IMG/VR virus record: IMGVR_UViG_3300009500_000012
Length of the DNA: 20,000 nt
Source of the DNA: an uncultured virus (IMG/VR IMGVR_UViG_3300009500_000012)
Lineage: Duplodnaviria > Heunggongvirae > Uroviricota > Caudoviricetes
Direction: 5' to 3' (one strand)
Numbering within the stretch: position 1 is the first letter of the stretch; each line of letters opens with the position of its first letter. A model generated the notes under the pieces. The model did no database searches. It was not told the origin of the DNA and saw only the letters and a program-made list of their open reading frames with translations. Positions 7,792-15,207 of this stretch are shown here, in pieces. Both the position numbers and the translations under genes were made by a program.

Positions 7792-8174
7792 TATGCGGAT
7801 TTCTTTTCTACTACTTTTTGCATTGCTGCTGCCAAAAGTTCTGCATTAACTTTATCTAACCCTTTACAAACCGATTGAGAACGCATTTCAAATTGTTCTT
7901 TTTCAAAATCATAAGATGCAGACCAGCCATGTTTGTCCGACCAATGTTCGAAGTTTTGTTCTTTTAATTTAAATTTAACTTCGCTTTGAAGCAATCTACA
8001 AAGGGAATAAACTTCTCTAAAAGTAAGAAGTCCTTTGCCTTTACCACTCTTAACCGGCAAAAATTTTTTTTCTTCAACATGGTAAAATAACGTCCATGTT
8101 TTTTGGTCCGCATTTGCGACAAAATAGGATGGCATTTCAGCCGGATATTTACGTGCTAGTGCTGCGAGTTTCAC
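7791..8174 (-). CDS. hypothetical protein
   Basis: 127 aa; AAGGAG SD; TAATG coupling to the next gene. Confidence 0.7.
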   Translation of the reverse strand: MKLAALARKYPAEMPSYFVANADQKTWTLFYHVEEKKFLPVKSGKGKGLLTFREVYSLCRLLQSEVKFKLKEQNFEHWSDKHGWSASYDFEKEQFEMRSQSVCKGLDKVNAELLAAAMQKVVEKKSA

Positions 8175-8391
8175 AATGCTCCTTAAAAAAATCTTCTGCT
8201 TCTTTTTCTAATTGCTCTTGCTTTTTTAGATACTTTGCATCCACCTCGAAAATAAATACCTTAGCACCATCACCTTCTAATTCAAGTTTGTAATTTCGTG
8301 CTTCATCATATGTCATTTGTTCAGATTCGAGAGGTAACTCAGAATGACTACCATTTTTCCCGGTTGGTGGATAGATTTTAAGATAATACAT
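8149..8391 (-). CDS. hypothetical protein (80 aa; start re-assigned to ATG 8391)
   Basis: MYYLKIYPP...; the longer start in the ORF track overlaps the upstream gene extensively. Confidence 0.6.
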   Translation of the reverse strand: MYYLKIYPPTGKNGSHSELPLESEQMTYDEARNYKLELEGDGAKVFIFEVDAKYLKKQEQLEKEAEDFFKEHCETRSTST

Positions 8392-8590
8392 TTGAGTTAT
8401 CTTTCTTAGCAGGAGCAGAAATTCCACAACTTTTGCAAAAAATCCAAGGCCAATTCTCTGCTGCATATTTTCTTTGAACGCCAGCAATAGAATAAGTTCC
8501 CGTTTTTTGTATAGTTAAACGCATTTCAATTTCTAAAGTTTTATTACTACATTGAGGACAAGATGTTTCTTTAATATCCATAATATCCAT
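8378..8590 (-). CDS. zinc-ribbon protein
   Basis: CPQC...CKSC. Confidence 0.7.
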   Translation of the reverse strand: MDIMDIKETSCPQCSNKTLEIEMRLTIQKTGTYSIAGVQRKYAAENWPWIFCKSCGISAPAKKDNSNVLS

Positions 8591-8596
8591 TTATTA

Positions 8597-8667
8597 CGCC
8601 CTGCACAGGAATCGAACCCGTACCTCCCAGATTAGAACCTGTTATGCTCCCACTACACCAGCAAGGC
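8597..8667 (-). tRNA. atypical tRNA with CUA at positions 34-36 (amber-suppressor-like); CCA not encoded
   Basis: GCCTTGC/GCAGGGC acceptor, G73, D arm GTGT-AGTGGGA-GCAT, T arm ACGGG-TTCGATT-CCTGT. The anticodon arm ACAGG-TTCTAAT-CTGGG is irregular. Confidence 0.7.
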
Positions 8668-8678
8668 ACTCCATAAAC

Positions 8679-8707
8679 ATCATATCATTCTGCTAATGAT
8701 TAGTCAA
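8679..8707 (-). promoter_or_regulatory. sigma70-like promoter directly upstream of the CUA tRNA
   Basis: TTGACT-17 nt-TATGAT with extended TG; 11 nt to the tRNA 5' end. Confidence 0.75.
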
Positions 8708-8740
8708 ACAGGAAGGCAGGACCAACCTACCTTCCTGTTT
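8706..8740 (-). terminator. stem-loop terminator after 8746..9201
   Basis: AAACAGGAAGGCAGG-ACCAA-CCTACCTTCCTGTTT. Confidence 0.75.
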
Positions 8741-8745
8741 AAGTC

Positions 8746-9201
8746 TTACTTAATTAGTTGTTCTAACTCTTTAAGTTTTTGTTTAACTTTTTCTTTAACT
8801 TCTGGACGAAGCGTGATGACAAATTCAGGAAGTCTTGTAGGCTTTGCAGCATAGAAGGTTCCATAAATATCTTCATATTTTTCTCTTGAACTATATACAA
8901 TATTATTTGTTAAAATATAATAGTTGTATTTATTATCTTTGCTATAGGAAAAAGCATCTGATAATTCATTGATTGCTTTTTGCAATTTCCAGTATTTATT
9001 TCGACCTTGAGCCGCATATCCCTGAATTCTTTTTTCAGTTTGTAAGGGCTTCCAACATTTTAAAACATCTTTATCAGAAATAATTAACCATAAAAGATGA
9101 TTCCATGAATGACCAGGAATTTTCTTTTCAAGATATTTCTTGATGGTTTTTTTGTTTTTAAGATATTCTTCTTTAGTAAGAGTATATTCTTTAATTTTCA
9201 T
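8746..9201 (-). CDS. hypothetical basic protein, preceded by the second amber leader
   Basis: 151 aa; GGAG SD partly inside the hairpin at 9211-9265. Confidence 0.8.
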   Translation of the reverse strand: MKIKEYTLTKEEYLKNKKTIKKYLEKKIPGHSWNHLLWLIISDKDVLKCWKPLQTEKRIQGYAAQGRNKYWKLQKAINELSDAFSYSKDNKYNYYILTNNIVYSSREKYEDIYGTFYAAKPTRLPEFVITLRPEVKEKVKQKLKELEQLIK

Positions 9202-9210
9202 TTAATTTCT

Positions 9211-9265
9211 CCAATTTAAAATAATAAGTGTTAAAGTAGTAGTAACTTAGATTAATTTAAATTGG
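9211..9265 (-). promoter_or_regulatory. RBS-occluding hairpin upstream of 8746..9201
   Basis: CCAATTTAAATTAAT (9265-9251) pairs with ATTATTTTAAATTGG (9225-9211) at 14/15 positions, overlapping the GG of the GGAG SD; an inner TAAGT/ACTTA pairing extends it. Confidence 0.7.
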
Positions 9266-9269
9266 TTAA

Positions 9270-9299
9270 TTAAGGAGGTCGATTAGCGGTCTACAACAT
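9270..9299 (-). CDS. amber-interrupted leader peptide, copy 2 (M-L-*-T-A-N-R-P-P-stop)
   Basis: ATG TTG TAG ACC GCT AAT CGA CCT CCT TAA, preceded by TAAGGA about 9 nt upstream. Confidence 0.7.
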
Positions 9300-9318
9300 T
9301 TATGATTGTCCTTAAAAT

Positions 9319-9408
9319 TGGCGGAAAATGTGAGAATCTAACTCACGAAAGGCTCATCACCTCCAGGCGTTTTCAAGACGCTTTCCTCGTACATGCCGGA
9401 CATTTTCC
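9319..9408 (-). tRNA. tRNA-Ser (UGA), long variable arm, non-canonical D/T loops
   Basis: GGAAAAT/ATTTTCC acceptor, G73-CCA, loop CT-TGA-AA, T loop TTAGATT. Confidence 0.85.
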
Positions 9409-9430
9409 AAAATTTATTTTTTCTTTTTAT

Positions 9431-9520
9431 TGGAGGAATCGGCGAGATTTGAACTCGCGACCGTTTTAAGACGGTGTTTCCTTTCCAGGGAAATGGTTTA
9501 AGCCGCTCACCCACAATTCC
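9431..9520 (-). tRNA. tRNA-Ser (GGA)
   Basis: GGAATTG/CGATTCC acceptor, TTTCC-CTGGAAA-GGAAA, long variable arm ACCGT/ACGGT, U73-CCA. Confidence 0.92.
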
Positions 9521-9532
9521 TTGTACTTTTAG

Positions 9533-9543
9533 ATTATACCACA
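9533..9543 (-). promoter_or_regulatory. extended -10 promoter for the tRNA-Ser pair
   Basis: TGTGGTATAAT 12 nt upstream of tRNA-Ser(GGA). Confidence 0.7.
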
Positions 9544-9589
9544 TTTGTCAAGATGTATCGAATCTAAAGTTAATTAGTATTTTATTAAT

Positions 9590-9865
9590 ATGAAACTTAT
9601 AGATTCGGACCCTAATTGGATTATTTCTGGCGAAAACCGTAAAGGTATGGGTATTATTTTTAATTGCCCACATTGTAATGGTAATATTTGCGTTTGGTTT
9701 TCCAATCCTATAGATGGAGGACCACCTGCTCCATCTGAAATTTTACCGTCACCTAGATGGGACAGAACAGGTGATAATTTTGAAAATTTGACTTTAATGC
9801 CATCTATTAATACTTTAAATCATTGGCATGGATTTATAATTAATGGAGAAATTATTAATTGCTAG
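9590..9865 (+). CDS. DUF6527-like small metal-binding protein
   Basis: CPHC...RWDRTGD.FE.LTL.PSI....WHG.I.NG. Confidence 0.65.
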   Translation: MKLIDSDPNWIISGENRKGMGIIFNCPHCNGNICVWFSNPIDGGPPAPSEILPSPRWDRTGDNFENLTLMPSINTLNHWHGFIINGEIINC

Positions 9866-10772
9866 ATGAAGTTACCATCCATTGTGTGTAAGCAGGTTCC
9901 CAAATCAATGTATTTGTATTTCCTGGTGATGTAAAGCATTGCCCAAAATACGATTGACTTCCATTATCTATATTAGATGGTAGAACATCTACCCAATTAT
10001 TTGAATTTGTAAGTAACTTAATATTTGAAGATACAATTGTACTTACCATACTACATTCGCCAGGAGTATAATGCGTTTCAAACATATCCCATGACTCACC
10101 ATTATAGTTATTAGAAGCAGCGATAGAAGTATAAACTAGTTCCCAATTTTGATTTTTATAGTTATAAATTAAAACTCTTGTTGAATAGTCTTGTCCTAAT
10201 AAGATTTCTGTTGTAAATTGTAATGCGCCATTTCCAAAATCTCGCAAATAACTAGAGGCAAATGCCGCATCAATTACTTTATCTGCTCCTGTTCCCCATC
10301 CTGCACTACAAAAATCATAAGGTCTTAAATCTCTATAGGTATCACCTGTTGAGGTTCTCCAATAATCTGTACTAAATTCAATACAACCTCCGCCAAGTTT
10401 TGTAGTTGGAGCGTAAAGATAATTAACTAAAGAAGAATTTGTTGTAGGATTTAATTCAAGATTAGGGTCTGCACTATTATTTGCATAAATACCAATATAT
10501 GTTGGACTACTTATGAGAAATAAACCTGCTTGTCCTCCATCATCCTGAACTGTAACAATAGATTTAGATTGTTCTGTTCCATATTTAGGACCATTACCTA
10601 ATGGTAATGATTTTGGTAGTGGGTTCGGAGTTGATGTGCTAAAACTTGTTTGCAAAAGTAATACAGGCGCTACAGGAGTTTGATATGAACTCGGAGCAGG
10701 AGTTGGAACAGTAGATGGAACTTGATTACACCCAAATAATACTAATAGGCATAATAAAAATATATTTTTCAT
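9855..10772 (-). CDS. lipoprotein with Pro/Ser/Thr-rich linker and beta-rich extracytoplasmic domain
   Basis: Lipobox LFG|C after a short hydrophobic signal; Ser/Thr/Asn/Tyr-rich; paired cysteines. Confidence 0.7.
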   Translation of the reverse strand: MKNIFLLCLLVLFGCNQVPSTVPTPAPSSYQTPVAPVLLLQTSFSTSTPNPLPKSLPLGNGPKYGTEQSKSIVTVQDDGGQAGLFLISSPTYIGIYANNSADPNLELNPTTNSSLVNYLYAPTTKLGGGCIEFSTDYWRTSTGDTYRDLRPYDFCSAGWGTGADKVIDAAFASSYLRDFGNGALQFTTEILLGQDYSTRVLIYNYKNQNWELVYTSIAASNNYNGESWDMFETHYTPGECSMVSTIVSSNIKLLTNSNNWVDVLPSNIDNGSQSYFGQCFTSPGNTNTLIWEPAYTQWMVTSSSN

Positions 10773-11371
10773 GATATAGAATCAAATCTAGATGAATAAG
10801 TGAATATTTCTGTTTTTGAATTTACAGGCGAGTATATATGAAATGGCTTATCAACACTAGAACAATTTGCAGCAGCCGCTTGAAGCGCAATCATTATTTT
10901 TCCCCAAGGCTTACCAAGATATTCTTTTTGTAATGCGTACAAAGCACCTAATGCATATGAAGACCCCGAACCAACAGAAGCATAAGGTACAATAGATTCA
11001 GCCACTTGATAATCTGAAAATATAGTAAATAATCGACCTTGATAACCTACAAGGAAAACTCCGCCTTCTTCTTTGTCTTTTTCTTTTGAAGCAAATCCAC
11101 CATCTTTTAATTTTTCTCTAACTGCTTCAACAAAATCAGTTACCATATATTCAAAAGTATCCTGATTTTCTTTTTGTTTAGGAATTTCCAATTTGTATTG
11201 AAGAAGTTGACCCATCCTAAAAGATGTAGTAAATCCGATTACAAAATCATCCTTTAAAAAGATTTTTTTATCTTTCCTAGAAGTTATTCGTCCATTATCA
11301 GATGTTCCAGCACTATCTGCGCCCATATAAACATCTTTGTTGTCATCTATAAATCCAACTATACAAGTCAA
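10769..11371 (-). CDS. HslV/proteasome-beta-like Ntn hydrolase
   Basis: N-terminal M-T-C-I-V-G, GADS, KIF and VGSGS..A.GAL motifs. Confidence 0.85.
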   Translation of the reverse strand: MTCIVGFIDDNKDVYMGADSAGTSDNGRITSRKDKKIFLKDDFVIGFTTSFRMGQLLQYKLEIPKQKENQDTFEYMVTDFVEAVREKLKDGGFASKEKDKEEGGVFLVGYQGRLFTIFSDYQVAESIVPYASVGSGSSYALGALYALQKEYLGKPWGKIMIALQAAAANCSSVDKPFHIYSPVNSKTEIFTYSSRFDSIS

Positions 11372-11844
11372 AATGAAATATACCCCGTTTCTTCCTTTTC
11401 TTTTAAAAATCCAGGTAAATCTTTTATAGGATTTTCTTCTTTGTAATCAAAAGACTTACTGTGATTATGTCCCCAATCTAATTCAACATCAATTCCGTCA
11501 TGTTCCCATAACATCTTGACTCCATATGGTCGAAGATAATAACCAAATGATTGAGTTGCTTGCTTCTTTTTATCAGAATAAAGTTTATATTTTTCGCTTT
11601 TAATTTTAAATTCTGCTTCAATTTCACGAACAGTTTTATCAGGAAAATCTTTATAATTTGGAGAATATCCAGGATATTTAATTTCTTGAGTATTTTCCCA
11701 ATCTTTTAAAGCATTAAGATAATCTTGTTGTGCTTTTTCAGCAGCAAGTTCTAATTCTTCTTTTGTCCATTCATCTGGAATCCAGACATATGTTCCTGCA
11801 TCATGTTCATTGCAACGAATATGAGTAATTCTTGCTACTTTCAT
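11368..11844 (-). CDS. hypothetical protein
   Basis: 158 aa ORF with SD. Confidence 0.75.
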   Translation of the reverse strand: MKVARITHIRCNEHDAGTYVWIPDEWTKEELELAAEKAQQDYLNALKDWENTQEIKYPGYSPNYKDFPDKTVREIEAEFKIKSEKYKLYSDKKKQATQSFGYYLRPYGVKMLWEHDGIDVELDWGHNHSKSFDYKEENPIKDLPGFLKEKEETGYISF

Positions 11845-11881
11845 ATTTTAACCTTTCCTTTTAATTCAATAATCAGCATTA

Positions 11882-12193
11882 TTATTTGACTCGCTTTCCA
11901 TTCATACTGCACACACAAATACTGCGGCAACCTGAATTTAAGTGTGGTTCATCTACATGATGAACGCCATGACACTCGTAGCAGAATTTATATGGAGATA
12001 GGCTTTCTGCTTTTCGTAGTGCTTCACCACCATCGAATTTTGGATGCGCTACAACTACTGCTCGTTTCCAAGCATGATTGCGAAAAGCACACGTTTCATC
12101 AATGCGATTGCATCCGGCAGGTTTTCCACAGCACAACGGATATTTCTTAGCCGTAGATTTGAACCCAATATGATTAATTTTTTGTAATTTCAT
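11882..12193 (-). CDS. Cys/His-rich hypothetical protein
   Basis: Multiple Cys/His clusters. Confidence 0.6.
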   Translation of the reverse strand: MKLQKINHIGFKSTAKKYPLCCGKPAGCNRIDETCAFRNHAWKRAVVVAHPKFDGGEALRKAESLSPYKFCYECHGVHHVDEPHLNSGCRSICVCSMNGKRVK

Positions 12194-12196
12194 GCT

Positions 12197-12409
12197 CTAA
12201 CCTCTTCCTTTGTTCCAATATTCATAATCTTCATCATTCCAGTCGTCACCTGTAATAGGTTCAGCATTTTGAGGATTAGAATAATAGCCTCCTCTGCCAT
12301 CATTTATCCAGATTCCTTTGTTACAGCCGCAAGTTAAAATAGGTCCATCCCCCATACGACCGTCATAATAGGCTCTTGTTCCACATCGAGAACATTTATA
12401 ATTATTCAT
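12197..12409 (-). CDS. small zinc-finger-like protein (start likely ATG 12409)
   Basis: CSRC...CGC; ATGA overlap with the Nudix stop. Confidence 0.65.
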   Translation of the reverse strand: MNNYKCSRCGTRAYYDGRMGDGPILTCGCNKGIWINDGRGGYYSNPQNAEPITGDDWNDEDYEYWNKGRG

Positions 12410-12855
12410 TTCAAGTTTATCCAATAATCCTGTGGAGAAAAAATTTGTTTATATGTTTGTTCAGAAATGGCAAATAATGGTGAAGGTAATTCATCAATTG
12501 AATACCAATCCCAACCTTCACACTTATTAGGTTCCATATTCAATACATCGCCTTCTAAACCGATTAATCCTGCCATCATGAAATATGTTTTATATAAAAT
12601 GCCGTTGAAAATATCATATTGACAACATATAAAAGAAAGAGTTGAAGCATCTAAAGAAAGATTTGTTTCTTCTTTTACTTCTCTTATAGCAGTATCATAA
12701 ATATCTTCGTAAATTTCCGCATGTCCACCAGGAAATTGATATGTACCATCGCCAAATTTACCTATTCTTTTACCTAAAAGAACTTTACCATCCGAATTAT
12801 AGATAGCAACAGCAACACCTATTTTTAAAAGACCTGTATATTCGGGTTCACCCAT
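12406..12855 (-). CDS. Nudix hydrolase (NUDT15/MTH2-like)
   Basis: Nudix box PGGHAE.....TAIREVKEETNL plus EPNKCEGWDW. Confidence 0.9.
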   Translation of the reverse strand: MGEPEYTGLLKIGVAVAIYNSDGKVLLGKRIGKFGDGTYQFPGGHAEIYEDIYDTAIREVKEETNLSLDASTLSFICCQYDIFNGILYKTYFMMAGLIGLEGDVLNMEPNKCEGWDWYSIDELPSPLFAISEQTYKQIFSPQDYWINLK

Positions 12856-12856
12856 T

Positions 12857-13495
12857 CTAAACTCCTACAAAAATACTGGTTGGTTTATCTGTCCAACCTT
12901 CTTGCCTTTTTTCCAAGTATTGCTTTACTAAAGGCTTAATATCTTTTGCATTAAGCAACTCAGCACGATATGATTCAAAAAATTTGTGCAATTTTGGATT
13001 TGTAAATTCTGACCACTTATCAAATTCATCATAGAACAACCATTCACGCATTTGTGTTGCACTAATATTATGACGTTCTCTTGCTACTATCATTTCGGTC
13101 ATATGTTTTGTTTGTAAAATTAATTCAGGTGAACACTTAAACCAATTATGATTTTTAGGTTCATGACCATAGATATAAATATCCGGCATTTTGCGAGTAT
13201 ATTGTTTTACAGTTAAAAGAACGTGATTCGCCCAATTTTCATCAATTGTTTTTCCGTCAATATCATTGATTGCACCAACAATAACTTCATGACCAGGAAA
13301 AACTTGTTTAATCATATTATGACGAGTAATTGCTGGAAATGGATTTTTAATTGTTCCGTATTCTTGAGCAGAACCAAGAAGCACAAGAACTCTATCAGAT
13401 ACAGATAAAGCAGTATTAATTAAATGTTCATGACCTACATGAAACATTTGCATTCTACCTACAATAAGACTTAAATCAAAAGGTTTATTTGTCAT
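12857..13495 (-). CDS. nadM: nicotinamide mononucleotide adenylyltransferase (NadM-like)
   Basis: GRMQMFHVGH (HxGH), GSAQ...KNPF...R..M and ISAT..R motifs; in a cluster with NAMPT. Confidence 0.8.
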   Translation of the reverse strand: MTNKPFDLSLIVGRMQMFHVGHEHLINTALSVSDRVLVLLGSAQEYGTIKNPFPAITRHNMIKQVFPGHEVIVGAINDIDGKTIDENWANHVLLTVKQYTRKMPDIYIYGHEPKNHNWFKCSPELILQTKHMTEMIVARERHNISATQMREWLFYDEFDKWSEFTNPKLHKFFESYRAELLNAKDIKPLVKQYLEKRQEGWTDKPTSIFVGV

Positions 13496-13497
13496 AA

Positions 13498-13737
13498 TTA
13501 ACCAGCATCAAAAAATACTTCACCACTTTTAGTAACTTTTCCAGGATTTAAATTAACATCTATATCCCATTCAAATGTAGGATGAAAGTCACCATCACCA
13601 TCTGCAAAGAAAACTATATCTCTAGATGAACCTAATTCACCAAGGTATTGCATTCTATCTAACATTCCAAGGAAAAATGGAATCCATCTTTTTTCCATTT
13701 TAACTTTTACTGTAAACTCTTCGGTATTATCACTCAT
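13498..13737 (-). CDS. phage hypothetical protein (GSSR...DGDG...DAG)
   Basis: 79 aa, tightly coupled ORF. Confidence 0.75.
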   Translation of the reverse strand: MSDNTEEFTVKVKMEKRWIPFFLGMLDRMQYLGELGSSRDIVFFADGDGDFHPTFEWDIDVNLNPGKVTKSGEVFFDAG

Positions 13738-13738
13738 A

Positions 13739-13942
13739 TTAATCTCCTGTCATTCCATTTGGGTTTCTTGGTATATTTGGTATTCCTGCGGTAAAAGATT
13801 CATCTATTCCTTCAATAATTCGCAATTTATATAGTTCATCAAATACTTGCTCATCAAGTTTTAATAATTGCATTCGATAAAGTTCTGTCAATTGTTCAAC
13901 TTTGATTTCTTTGGATTTTTTTAGTGCTTTTTCAAATGACAT
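13739..13942 (-). CDS. hypothetical protein
   Basis: 67 aa, tightly coupled ORF. Confidence 0.65.
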   Translation of the reverse strand: MSFEKALKKSKEIKVEQLTELYRMQLLKLDEQVFDELYKLRIIEGIDESFTAGIPNIPRNPNGMTGD

Positions 13943-13945
13943 TTT

Positions 13946-14659
13946 TTACCATCCAAAAGTTTCAGGAACATAAACTTGGATTTGTGTTCTCAAAATATCA
14001 CGCAAATCTGTCCAGGGTTCAAGATAATCAGATTCTGTCACTCGAATAAGATAGCGCCAACCTTTTTCTTTAGCAGGAACACCACGATGAAGATTCCACC
14101 AATCAAATTCATAAATTTGATTTGGCCAAGCTATATCAATATAGTCTTTATTGGGTGTATCTTCATATAAACTATCAACATATCTAGTCAAATGATTATA
14201 AAGCGAAGGCTTTGGGTGTAAAGGAACACGAATAGTCAATGACTGTTTTAAAAATTCTGTAAAAGAATTTCCGCCATCTGTTACCATTAAATGATAACGA
14301 GGTGAAATTAATTGATTTTGTAAAAACATATTAGGTGGGCCTGAACCAATCGGGCTAAATTTTTCATCGCGTGGAGCCCCATCTGTATGCCATCCTGGGA
14401 TTGCAGGAGACATTCCAGGCATCAACATATGAACTTTAGTATCGACAACAACATATTTACGGTCGAAACGCAAATTCATTTGAGAAATTGCTAAACGAGT
14501 TAAATCTCCACCATATTTCAATGCATCATCTAAACTGGCATTAACCATTTGAGTAGATGATTTTACTTCTGTTTGAGAAGGTGGTTCAATACTTTTGCCT
14601 GTATTTATTAATCGAGCAGTATTGAATGTTAAAAATTCAGATTCCAATTTTATTTCCAA
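13946..14659 (-). CDS. putative 2OG-Fe(II) dioxygenase-fold protein
   Basis: PAIPGWHTDG (HxD) ... LHRG (distal H) ... R.LIRV (2OG-binding R). Confidence 0.7.
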   Translation of the reverse strand: MEIKLESEFLTFNTARLINTGKSIEPPSQTEVKSSTQMVNASLDDALKYGGDLTRLAISQMNLRFDRKYVVVDTKVHMLMPGMSPAIPGWHTDGAPRDEKFSPIGSGPPNMFLQNQLISPRYHLMVTDGGNSFTEFLKQSLTIRVPLHPKPSLYNHLTRYVDSLYEDTPNKDYIDIAWPNQIYEFDWWNLHRGVPAKEKGWRYLIRVTESDYLEPWTDLRDILRTQIQVYVPETFGW

Positions 14660-15207
14660 CTTGAAAGAGAAGGGAATAAAGCATCTAAATTCATAGATTT
14701 AAACACATATTCTTTTAATTTTTCCATTGCATCAGGAAAATTTTCTCCACAAGTAATCATTTTATCATCCTGATAATTAACCACCATCCAAGCAGGAATT
14801 TCGTGTAAAATATCTGTATGAATAGAATCTCTTTTTAATAATATTCTTGGCAATAAAGTAACTGTCATTAATTCAATGACTCTTTTTGGGTCTGGTGGAA
14901 TAATAGGTTTTAAGGTATAAGATTCTTGTAAATGAATTATAGAATGTGGTAATGTTGCAGCAGTAGAGACAAATTCTTTCCAAATTGAATGCGGATTTGT
15001 TCCTGAAAAGATTTTATATGGGTCGTCAAAATCTCGACCTATAGACGCTTCTCTACGCCCAATAGTAATTTGAAAAACCTTAGTTTCTTTGATAGTTGAT
15101 TCGGTCAATCGGTCCCATTTTTTAGTTACTTTAAACCTAAATGAAGGCTGTGAAGCTCCGCTTGAATTATTTTTATCAGCCATTACACAACCATATTTGT
15201 TGTTCAT
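14650..15207 (-). CDS. hypothetical protein
   Basis: 185 aa; TAATG coupling to NAMPT. Confidence 0.7.
   Translation of the reverse strand: MNNKYGCVMADKNNSSGASQPSFRFKVTKKWDRLTESTIKETKVFQITIGRREASIGRDFDDPYKIFSGTNPHSIWKEFVSTAATLPHSIIHLQESYTLKPIIPPDPKRVIELMTVTLLPRILLKRDSIHTDILHEIPAWMVVNYQDDKMITCGENFPDAMEKLKEYVFKSMNLDALFPSLSSWK

Noticed and set aside
8597..8667. Pyrrolysine tRNA
   Set aside because: It has canonical GG and TTCG loops and two nucleotides between the acceptor and D stems; no pyl genes in the window.
9319..9408. Selenocysteine or opal-suppressor tRNA
   Set aside because: The anticodon is UGA (reads UCA, Ser), not UCA; 7-bp acceptor stem.
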